Origin: a candidate division TA06 bacterium
Lineage (GTDB): Bacteria; Edwardsbacteria; AC1; EtOH8
Length of the DNA: 64,000 bases
Reading direction: 5' to 3'
NCBI GenBank assembly: GCA_016235665.1
Contig: JACRJI010000013.1
Coordinates: forward strand, 143,095-207,094
Shown here: positions 41,038-48,149 of the stretch, in pieces
Layout: each line of letters begins with the position of its first letter
Numbering within the stretch: position 1 is the stretch's first letter
Notes under the pieces: model-generated
The model's input: the letters and a program-made list of their open reading frames with translations, nothing else
Told to the model about the DNA's origin: nothing
Databases searched by the model: none
Translations under genes and position numbers: made by a program

Positions 41038-41534
41038 GGACGGCAGGGGAGATCGAGGCGGAGATCCTGGAGCTGGCCCAAAAAGAGGGCTACACCCTGA
41101 ACCCGGACCGGGAGATCAGGGAAGGGATCATAGAGGGCATCGCAGTCAATGAAGAGCGGCTGGGATACTGGAACTGCCCCTGCCGCAGGGCTTCGGGCGA
41201 CCGCAACACCGATCTGGACATAGTGTGCCCCTGCCAGTACCGGGACGCCGATCTGAAAGAACACGGCCGGTGTTACTGCGCGCTGTATGTCAACCAAGAG
41301 TATCTTGGCCGGGGATCGCCGCCGGAGCCGATACCGGAGAGAAGGCCTATTTCCAAGGTTCAAAAGGTTGTAAAGGCGGAAAATGTTCAAGAGGTTCCGC
41401 CGGGGAAGGAAGAAGACATAAAGGTTTGGAGATGCACGGTCTGCGGGTATCTCTGCGCCAGAAGCGAGGCCCCGCCCATCTGTCCCATCTGCCGGGCCAA
41501 GAAGGAGAGGTTCGAGGAATTTAGCCTTGTATAA
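41034..41534 (+). CDS. Ferredoxin:thioredoxin reductase catalytic domain fused to rubredoxin-like domain
   Basis: CPCR, CPC, CYC; C-terminal WRCTVCGY...CPIC; ATGA overlap with the glutaredoxin gene. Confidence 0.88.
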   Translation: MRTAGEIEAEILELAQKEGYTLNPDREIREGIIEGIAVNEERLGYWNCPCRRASGDRNTDLDIVCPCQYRDADLKEHGRCYCALYVNQEYLGRGSPPEPIPERRPISKVQKVVKAENVQEVPPGKEEDIKVWRCTVCGYLCARSEAPPICPICRAKKERFEEFSLV

Positions 41535-41553
41535 ATGTTATTTTAAGTATTTT

Positions 41554-41594
41554 ATGAAAAATCCCCCAAAAAATATTTTTGGGGGATTTTTCAT
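41554..41594 (+). terminator. Terminator hairpin
   Basis: ATGAAAAATCCCCCAAAAA-ATA-TTTTTGGGGGATTTTTCAT. Confidence 0.75.
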
Positions 41595-41616
41595 TAGTTG
41601 TTTTATCTTAAATATT

Positions 41617-41764
41617 TGACAAAAATGGTTAAAATTACAAGCAATCCTGACATAAATGTCAAAAGGCATGACAAATAGGTCATGGTAACATAACAATATA
41701 AAATGCAATGTGTTGAAAAGTAAAAAAATCTTAATAACGCGTCGAACAGGACATTTATGTCAGG
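41617..41764. promoter_or_regulatory. Cluster of TGACA-N4-TGTCA-like palindromes (candidate enhancer sites)
   Basis: TGACATAAATGTCA (41648), TGACAAATAGGTCA (41669), GGACATTTATGTCA (41749), and a weaker TGACAAAAATGGTTA (41617). Confidence 0.6.
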
Positions 41765-41849
41765 TTTTTAATAAAAAAGTATTAATTATTAAAAACAATC
41801 AAATTAATAACTATATGAACAACAAATGATTAGATTACGTATAAAATTA

Positions 41850-41865
41850 TGGCACAGTAATTGCT
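41850..41865 (+). promoter_or_regulatory. sigma54 promoter
   Basis: TGGCAC-AGTAA-TTGCT, a perfect -24/-12 consensus. Confidence 0.75.
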
Positions 41866-41920
41866 ATTATAATAGAATGAATAAACTTAGAAAATACTAA
41901 CTTTAAACAAAGGGTTTAAA

Positions 41921-42250
41921 ATGAAAAAAGCAATTTTCGGGGTTCTGTTTGTTGCGATAATTGCTTCACTTGCTTTTGCCGGGATATTTCTTTGTTATGG
42001 CTATGCAAGTGTTGGCGAAGGCTGGACAATTTCATGTCCAAGTATAAGCAACACGGGAACAGATATAACAGATTCAGATGGGTATTTTTCAATTACTAGA
42101 GGTGATGTACCAGCTGGCACCGAGTATTATTTGAAAGCCACTAAAACGGGGTATATAGCAATGTATAGTGCAATTTATACCTTCGGTGGTTCGACATATG
42201 GTGATAATTTAGGAAATGTTGCATTTCATAAGGGACTGCCAGTGGAATAA
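41921..42250 (+). CDS. Small secreted beta-rich protein, paralog 1 of 4
   Basis: Signal peptide ending AFA; GWTISCP, TDSDGYF, YYLKA, YG..LG.V.F. Confidence 0.8.
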   Translation: MKKAIFGVLFVAIIASLAFAGIFLCYGYASVGEGWTISCPSISNTGTDITDSDGYFSITRGDVPAGTEYYLKATKTGYIAMYSAIYTFGGSTYGDNLGNVAFHKGLPVE

Positions 42251-42344
42251 GGAAATAACATTACCGAATGTATTCTAAATTTATTCACAAATCCTCCTGG
42301 CTTAGTTTACAAAGTCAAAAGGGACTCACAGCATTAGAGAGAAA

Positions 42345-42360
42345 TGGTATCAATAAAGCA
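42345..42360 (+). promoter_or_regulatory. Degenerate sigma54-like promoter
   Basis: TGGTAT-CAATA-AAGCA retains GG-N10-GC. Confidence 0.4.
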
Positions 42361-42432
42361 GTGCGGCACCTTTGGAATTACATTCTGCTTAAAGTGTAAT
42401 AACTTAGAGGGAACTTTAGAAAGGATTTATTA

Positions 42433-42780
42433 ATGAAGAAGATTTTACTTGGTGTAATTCTTGTAGCAAGCATTGCTTCAGTTGCTTTTGCTTTGCCTTG
42501 GATGGTAACAGCTACTTCAACCAATGTTAAAGGATGGACGATTTCTGTACCCGGCGCACCGACCTCAATTCCAAATGTTGCAAATCAAGGCGACTCAGGG
42601 TCAGGTTTTTATATACAATGGTCAGGCACTGCTCCAGCAACTGGCGGCTATTATTGCAAAGCAGATTCAACCGGAAAAGCCTCAAGATATTATGGTTGGT
42701 GGTGGTATGATGTTACTTATGGGGATACACAACTTGGAGCAATTACATTCGGGACCAGGCTGCCAGCTAATCCATATTAA
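42433..42780 (+). CDS. Small secreted beta-rich protein, paralog 2 of 4
   Basis: AAAGGA RBS, signal peptide ending AFA; GWTISVP, DSG.GF, YYCKADSTG, YGD.QLG.I.F. Confidence 0.8.
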   Translation: MKKILLGVILVASIASVAFALPWMVTATSTNVKGWTISVPGAPTSIPNVANQGDSGSGFYIQWSGTAPATGGYYCKADSTGKASRYYGWWWYDVTYGDTQLGAITFGTRLPANPY

Positions 42781-42982
42781 TCAATAGTAATAAAGTTAAC
42801 AATCAATAAAAATCCCTCTAAGTTATTTCTCTTTTCACATAGGATAAACTGTCTGTTTTATTATAAGTAACATTTAAATACTATGGAAAATGAAACAATC
42901 TGGCATAACGGTAAAAGTTATAACAAATAACAATAACAAAAACTAAAAAAGTGAGTGGTAAAACTCAAGAAAGGACCGGTAA

Positions 42983-43321
42983 ATGAAAAAAGCGATCATC
43001 ATCCTATCACTTCTCGTACTATGTGCCAGTTCAATAGCACTAGCAGTACCTGCCTGGTGCAATGGGAAGGCAAAATTGGGGATAAAATATTTAAATGGCT
43101 GGACAATACAAGTAAGTAACGGGACTTATGGTTGGGCGATAGCGCAGCCAGACTCAGGGTATTTTGGCATGTCATACTCTACGCATCCGCCTGCCGGTTA
43201 TTTTTCTTTTACAGCAGATTCCTCTGGCCAATCACGGCTATTTTCAAATGAATACTATTATGACGGATCTTCCTATGGGGTGCAGTACGGTACGGTACCA
43301 TTTTATACTTCGCCCAGATAA
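42983..43321 (+). CDS. Small secreted beta-rich protein, paralog 3 of 4
   Basis: AAAGGA RBS, signal peptide ending ALA; CNGKA, GWTIQV, DSGYF, ADSSG, YG..YG.V.F. Confidence 0.8.
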   Translation: MKKAIIILSLLVLCASSIALAVPAWCNGKAKLGIKYLNGWTIQVSNGTYGWAIAQPDSGYFGMSYSTHPPAGYFSFTADSSGQSRLFSNEYYYDGSSYGVQYGTVPFYTSPR

Positions 43322-43407
43322 ACGATAAACGTACATTCACGTTTAGTTTTTCAATGAACTGAAACTTACTGCCAGTTCAATAATAAATATACATCATGCG
43401 AAAATTA

Positions 43408-43423
43408 TGGTATGGTAATTGCG
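43408..43423 (+). promoter_or_regulatory. sigma54 promoter
   Basis: TGGTAT-GGTAA-TTGCG, within a leader homologous to that of paralog 1. Confidence 0.65.
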
Positions 43424-43480
43424 TTAATAATGTATTGAATAAACTTAAAAAACACTAACTTAAAAAACAAAGGACTTCAA

Positions 43481-43813
43481 ATGAAAAAAGCAATTTTCGG
43501 GATTCTGTTTATCTCAATATTTGTAGCAGGGGCATTTGCTGCATTGTTTCTATGCGATGGAAAAGCAAGTTTAGGAACTGGTTGGACAATATCATGTCCT
43601 TCAATTGCTGGCACTGGAACATGGACAACCACCTCAGATAGTTTATTTGCAATAGTTAGAACTACGACACCACAGACAGGAACCTACTACTATTTAAAAG
43701 CAGAAAGCGGATCAACAACGCGTTATTCTGATTGGTACCAATATGGAGGTGGCATGGATCACCTAGGCTTAGTGAACTTTAATTTAACTAGACCTCCTCT
43801 AATGGAACAATAA
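43481..43813 (+). CDS. Small secreted beta-rich protein, paralog 4 of 4
   Basis: MKKAIFG signal peptide; FLCDGKAS.G.GWTISCPSI, YYLKA; closest to paralog 1. Confidence 0.8.
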   Translation: MKKAIFGILFISIFVAGAFAALFLCDGKASLGTGWTISCPSIAGTGTWTTTSDSLFAIVRTTTPQTGTYYYLKAESGSTTRYSDWYQYGGGMDHLGLVNFNLTRPPLMEQ

Positions 43814-43836
43814 ATTAAAATATTTTAAGTTTATTC

Positions 43837-43876
43837 ATAAAACCCCGGACTTTGTTCCCAAAGTCCGGGGTTTTAT
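43837..43876. terminator. Bidirectional terminator
   Basis: ATAAAACCCCGGACTTTG-TTCC-CAAAGTCCGGGGTTTTAT between convergent genes. Confidence 0.85.
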
Positions 43877-43900
43877 CTTGGCGCAGAGCGGCCGGCTGGT

Positions 43901-44404
43901 TTAAAACGGCGCGAAGCGGTTGGCCTCCCAGTAGGAGGCTTGTAAAAACTGCTGCTGCTTGATCAGTGCCTCCAAATGCAGCTCTTCCCAGCGGATCAGG
44001 GCGTTGAACAGCCGCTTGATCTTGAGCTCCTTGGCCTGGCGGCGGTAATTCTTGTAGCCCTCGATGGAATTCTGCTCCAGCAGTATCCCGATGGACAGGG
44101 CCGACATCTCGTAGTGCTTGTCGCCCACCCGTTGCTTGAACTCGGGGCTGAAGATGGGGCTTTCCTGGGCCGGGTCCACCTTGGACTTGATCCGGGGAGG
44201 CTTTAACTTCATACTTCCCTGCTTTTGATGATCGGAGAACATCAGCTCCAGGGTCTTGTGATGCGACAGCTCGTCCTCGGCCAGCTGGCCGAACATCTGT
44301 TTGGCCTTGGGATCCTCGGTGCGCTGGGCCGCAGTAGTGTAGTGATGATAGCCGTCGTTCTCAAACTGCATGGCCTCCACCAGGGAGCGGGAAAAATCAT
44401 CCAT
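43901..44404 (-). CDS. Ferritin-like / rubrerythrin-family diiron protein
   Basis: AMQFE..G..HY, EDELSH, LE..S...Y, WEELH; AAAGGAG RBS before ATG 44404. Confidence 0.85.
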   Translation of the reverse strand: MDDFSRSLVEAMQFENDGYHHYTTAAQRTEDPKAKQMFGQLAEDELSHHKTLELMFSDHQKQGSMKLKPPRIKSKVDPAQESPIFSPEFKQRVGDKHYEMSALSIGILLEQNSIEGYKNYRRQAKELKIKRLFNALIRWEELHLEALIKQQQFLQASYWEANRFAPF

Positions 44405-44439
44405 GACAATTTCTCCTTTTGTATCTTGGGTTTTGTTTG

Positions 44440-44994
44440 TTATTCGTTGGTTTCCAAAGTGAATTCCTGGATCCCAAACCAAAAGCCCACGTCCTTGATG
44501 TGGTCCAGCTCGGCCTGGATCAGGTTGTAGTGGGCCTCTTCCATTTCGGCCAGCCGGGCGTACATGGCCTGGGCGTTCTTGTCCTCGGCCTTCTGGCCTT
44601 CGCGCTTGTAGAAGCTGGCGGCCTTTTTCTCCATCTCCAAAGCCAGGTTCAAGGCGGAAAGATCATCGGAGCTTCCCTGTCCTGCCGGAGCCAGTTCTTT
44701 GGGCGAAGACAGATGGGGGAGGATCTCCTCGATGTCCGAAGGCTGGAATTTGGCCTTGACCCATTTCTGCCCGGCCATCAAGGTGTCCAGCTCTTTTTCC
44801 AGAATGTTCAGATGCCCCAACTCGTCCTGGCAGAGACGCAGGAACATGTCCTTGCCGGAAACGTTCTTGGTCTGGCGGGCGAATTTGAGGTATGTCTCCA
44901 GGGCGCTCTTTTCCGACTGGATGGCCTTTTGCAGGGCGTCCCGGCCGGCCCCGGTGGTTTTGACGGGCTTGGACGGCTTGGTTTGCTTTTTCAT
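44440..44994 (-). CDS. Ferritin-like / rubrerythrin-family diiron protein
   Basis: AIQSE, QDELGH, ALEMEK...FY, MEEAH; AAAGGA RBS before ATG 44994. Confidence 0.85.
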   Translation of the reverse strand: MKKQTKPSKPVKTTGAGRDALQKAIQSEKSALETYLKFARQTKNVSGKDMFLRLCQDELGHLNILEKELDTLMAGQKWVKAKFQPSDIEEILPHLSSPKELAPAGQGSSDDLSALNLALEMEKKAASFYKREGQKAEDKNAQAMYARLAEMEEAHYNLIQAELDHIKDVGFWFGIQEFTLETNE

Positions 44995-45084
44995 GGAATG
45001 TCCTTTGCTATTTTGGAACGATTGACTCAATGAGCCATTCTAATACAAATACGGACGATTTGCAAGGCAGGTTGCTATCTTTTC

Positions 45085-45112
45085 ATTGCCACGACCTTAA
45101 GGTCGTGGCAAT
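45085..45112. repeat. Perfect 28-bp palindrome just after the glnS stop
   Basis: ATTGCCACGACCTT|AAGGTCGTGGCAAT. Confidence 0.7.
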
Positions 45113-45122
45113 ATTATCCGGT

Positions 45123-46805
45123 TTACTTCTTCTGTTCCTTTGACCAGCTGTCCTTCAAGCCCACCGTGCGGTTGAAGACAGGCTTGTCCTTGGTGGAATT
45201 CTTTGAATCCACGCAGAAATATCCCTGGCGCAGGAACTGGAACTTTTCGCCCGGTTTGGCGTTCCGTAATCCCGGCTCCAGCTTGCAGTCCTTCAGCACG
45301 GTCAAAGAATTCGGGTTGACCGGACTTTCGGTGGAGGGAGTGGGATCGGTGAAGAGCTGCTCGTACAAACGCACCTCGCCGGAAACCGCGTCCGCGGCGC
45401 TGACCCAGTGCAGGGTGCTTTTCACCTTGCGGCCGTCGGGGGAGTCGCCGCCTTTGGTGGCCGGGTCATATTCGCATCTTAGTTCTGTGATATTGCCTTT
45501 ATCATCCTTTACCGCCTCTATGCATTTTATGTAATAGGCGTGCTTAAACCGCACCTCCTTGCCGGGGGAGAGACGGAAAAAGCCCTTGGGCGGGGTTTCC
45601 ATGAAATCCTCCTGCTCGATATACAGCTCGCGGCCGAATGGCACCCGGCGCTTGCCGGCCGAGGCGTCCTCGGGGTTGTTGTCGCATTCGATCATCTCGC
45701 TTTGGCCCGCCGGATAGTTTTCGATCACAACCTTCAACGGCCGCAGCACGGCCATCACCCGGGGGGCGGTCTTGTTCAGTTCCTCGCGGATGTAGTGCTC
45801 CAGCAGGGCGATGTCCACCAGGCTGTCGCGTTTGGCCACCCCTATCCGGTCGCAGAAATTTTTGATCGAAGCTGAAGTGTAGCCCCGGCGCCTTAATCCC
45901 GCCAAAGTGGGCAGACGGGGGTCGTCAAAGCCCTCCACCACGCCGTCCCTGACCAGTTCGATGAACTTGCGCTTGCTCATCACGGTGTAGTTCATGTTAA
46001 GCCGGGCAAATTCTATCTGCCGGGGATGATAGATGCCCAGCTGGTCCAAAAACCAGTCGTAGAGCGGCCGGTGGTCCTCGTACTCCAGCGAGCAGAGGGA
46101 ATGGGTGATGCCCTCAATTGAATCCTCCAGGCCGTGGGCCCAGTCGTACATGGGGTAGATCTTCCATTTGGCGCCCTGGCGGTGGTGTTCCTGATGCAGG
46201 ATGCGGTACATCACCGGGTCACGCATGTTCAGATTGGGGTGGGCCATGTCAATCTTGGCCCGTAGGGTCTTGGCCCCGTCGGGGAATTCCCCGGCCTTCA
46301 TGCGGCTGAACAGGTCCAGATTCTCCTCGACCGTGCGGTCGCGGTTGGGGCTGTTCTGGCCCGGCTCGGAAAGGTTTCCCCGGGTCTTGCTAACTTCTTC
46401 GGCGCTCAGGTCGCAGACGTAGGCCTTGTTCTTCTTGATCAGCTCCACCGCCCAGTCATACATCTTTTCAAAGTAATCCGAGCCGAAGAACAGCCGGTCG
46501 CCGAACTCGGCCCCGATCCATTTGACGTCCTCGATGATGGCGTCAACGAACTCCTGCTCCTCCTTGGCCGGGTTGGTGTCGTCGAAGCGGAGGTTGAACA
46601 GCCCGCCGAACTCCTTGGCGATGCCGTAGTCTATCCAGATGGCCTTGGCGTGGCCGATGTGGAGGTAGGCGTTGGGCTCCGGGGGGAAGCGGGTGTGAAC
46701 CTTGGCAAAGCGGCCGCTCTTAAGGTCCTCGGCCACGGCCTCGCGGATGAAGTTGGTAGCGGCCGCGCCTTCGATGGGGGTCTTGATGTTTTCGGTGTTG
46801 CTCAT
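45123..46805 (-). CDS. glnS: Glutamine--tRNA ligase
   Basis: [44 protein letters not shown]; likely start MSNTEN at 46805. Confidence 0.96.
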   Translation of the reverse strand: MSNTENIKTPIEGAAATNFIREAVAEDLKSGRFAKVHTRFPPEPNAYLHIGHAKAIWIDYGIAKEFGGLFNLRFDDTNPAKEEQEFVDAIIEDVKWIGAEFGDRLFFGSDYFEKMYDWAVELIKKNKAYVCDLSAEEVSKTRGNLSEPGQNSPNRDRTVEENLDLFSRMKAGEFPDGAKTLRAKIDMAHPNLNMRDPVMYRILHQEHHRQGAKWKIYPMYDWAHGLEDSIEGITHSLCSLEYEDHRPLYDWFLDQLGIYHPRQIEFARLNMNYTVMSKRKFIELVRDGVVEGFDDPRLPTLAGLRRRGYTSASIKNFCDRIGVAKRDSLVDIALLEHYIREELNKTAPRVMAVLRPLKVVIENYPAGQSEMIECDNNPEDASAGKRRVPFGRELYIEQEDFMETPPKGFFRLSPGKEVRFKHAYYIKCIEAVKDDKGNITELRCEYDPATKGGDSPDGRKVKSTLHWVSAADAVSGEVRLYEQLFTDPTPSTESPVNPNSLTVLKDCKLEPGLRNAKPGEKFQFLRQGYFCVDSKNSTKDKPVFNRTVGLKDSWSKEQKK

Positions 46806-46821
46806 TTTTTTAATTTTATGC

Positions 46822-46850
46822 TTGACTTTTAGTATATTTTGCAGTATATT
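46822..46850 (+). promoter_or_regulatory. sigma70-type promoter pointing away from glnS, with no + strand ORF downstream
   Basis: TTGACT-17 nt-TATATT; predicted start near G46857. Confidence 0.6.
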
Positions 46851-46856
46851 ACTAGA

Positions 46857-46931
46857 GTCATCTACCAATGGAGGTAGAAGGACATCGGGAGCCGCTCGCA
46901 AGGGCGGCTGCTGTCATTTATACCCTTTTTT
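46857..46931 (+). ncRNA. Candidate structured small RNA convergent with the DUF3800 gene pair
   Basis: GC-rich patch in AT-rich DNA. Hairpin GUC-A-UCUACC/GGUAGA-AG-GAC, then AGCCGCUC-GCAA-GGGCGGCU. Promoter upstream and a T6 run at 46926-46931. Confidence 0.55.
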
Positions 46932-47421
46932 CGTAATGTTTTGTTAATGTCTTATTGTATTCTTCATCTACATGGAATGCAGTAACCCAGTAATACTTTG
47001 TTTTTTTATGTTGTAAAATCAAACAATAATTGTATTCTCTTAGCCAAATATTTCTACGTACCCCTTTATTTTGGGGACCTTCCTTATAATCAAAAATTGT
47101 AATTTCGGGTCTTGTTCCGCTAGTCATAATAACTTTAGCCCATGGTAATCTTTCGGCACGCCGGTAATCTGGAAGCCTTTCTTTAATTCCGCCTTCAGAC
47201 AATTGATCTTTACTAACAACATGCCAAAATCCCTCTTCTTTGCCCTGTCCATCTTCATTTATCGTTCTATTATAATCGACACGTAGGTTATTGTGAAAGG
47301 TTGAATTCCATTTAAAATCGGTGACAAAAATTTTATAAAGTTCATCTACGATAGTACTCCATTCACCAGCCATTGGTAATAAGGGTGGCAAAAAACTGCC
47401 ATTGTCGTTACTTTGTGGCAT
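46918..47421 (-). CDS. Hypothetical protein, possible BECR/RelE-like nuclease fold, partner of the DUF3800 gene
   Basis: AT-rich 167-aa ORF overlapping the upstream gene by 14 nt; EGFWH, R.PD.RRAERL.W, YCLIL...VTAF. Confidence 0.7.
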   Translation of the reverse strand: MPQSNDNGSFLPPLLPMAGEWSTIVDELYKIFVTDFKWNSTFHNNLRVDYNRTINEDGQGKEEGFWHVVSKDQLSEGGIKERLPDYRRAERLPWAKVIMTSGTRPEITIFDYKEGPQNKGVRRNIWLREYNYCLILQHKKTKYYWVTAFHVDEEYNKTLTKHYEKRV

Positions 47422-48124
47422 TATTTTTCTCTCTCGGCAAAAAAGTAAAAATATTAAACTTATCTTCCCATGGTGCTGTTGTTTCTGTTAAAGTAAGTTT
47501 AACTTTTGCTTTTATCAACTCTATTAGTGAAAGTTTAGCTGTACTTTCTATTAAACCTCTATTTACATAAGAGAGTGCACCAATAAAGAAATCTGCAATT
47601 TGTAATATTTCACTTTCTTTTGATCTAATTTGTTGCATTATATTAATTATCTCATGCGAATTGGTTGGATAACTATTCTTTAAAATATCTTTTAATGTGT
47701 TTATTTTTATTTGACTTTGGGTGTCCTTAATATCCATAAAAATATTATATACGGACTCGCATGTAATCATATTGCGCAGTAAGTAATAATACATTTTATA
47801 ATAAAATGAGTCATGGCTACCTTGATTATAATATTGATGATCAAGGTTTTTTTTATTTTTTACGACAACACATCTAAAACCTAAATCGTTTTGGGAGAAA
47901 AAATATTCAATTATATCTCTATAATAATCTAATCGTGAGTTTGATACTTTTTGCCATTTTAATTCCCCACGACAGCTATGCTTTTCTTTTAATTGACGTA
48001 ACTCTTCTGTTATATGTCGAACTTTTTCTATAGGACATTTTACAGCCCCTAATAGCATGACTTCTTGCTTGTCATGCTCCAGATGACAGCTTTCATCACA
48101 ATAAATATTAATAATAGAAGCCAT
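47408..48124 (-). CDS. DUF3800-family protein (RNase H-like acidic motifs)
   Basis: N-terminal IYCDESCH, ELKW, central IFMD, C-terminal S...LQIADFFIGA; AT-rich; ATG 48124. Confidence 0.8.
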   Translation of the reverse strand: MASIINIYCDESCHLEHDKQEVMLLGAVKCPIEKVRHITEELRQLKEKHSCRGELKWQKVSNSRLDYYRDIIEYFFSQNDLGFRCVVVKNKKNLDHQYYNQGSHDSFYYKMYYYLLRNMITCESVYNIFMDIKDTQSQIKINTLKDILKNSYPTNSHEIINIMQQIRSKESEILQIADFFIGALSYVNRGLIESTAKLSLIELIKAKVKLTLTETTAPWEDKFNIFTFLPREKNNATK

Positions 48125-48149
48125 GCTCGATTCTCTTAAGGTTGTTAAT

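Noticed and set aside
41600-43900. CRISPR array or integron cassette array
   Set aside because: No identical spaced repeats, no attC-like GTTRRRY/RYYYAAC pairs recognised, no intI. The genes are paralogs, which fits tandem duplication.
46806-46901. N-terminal extension of glnS from TTG 46901
   Set aside because: Runs through the candidate RNA and promoter; GlnRS similarity begins after MSNTEN.
46857-46931. tRNA or tRNA fragment as integration site
   Set aside because: No cloverleaf, no T-loop GTTC motif and no CCA end.
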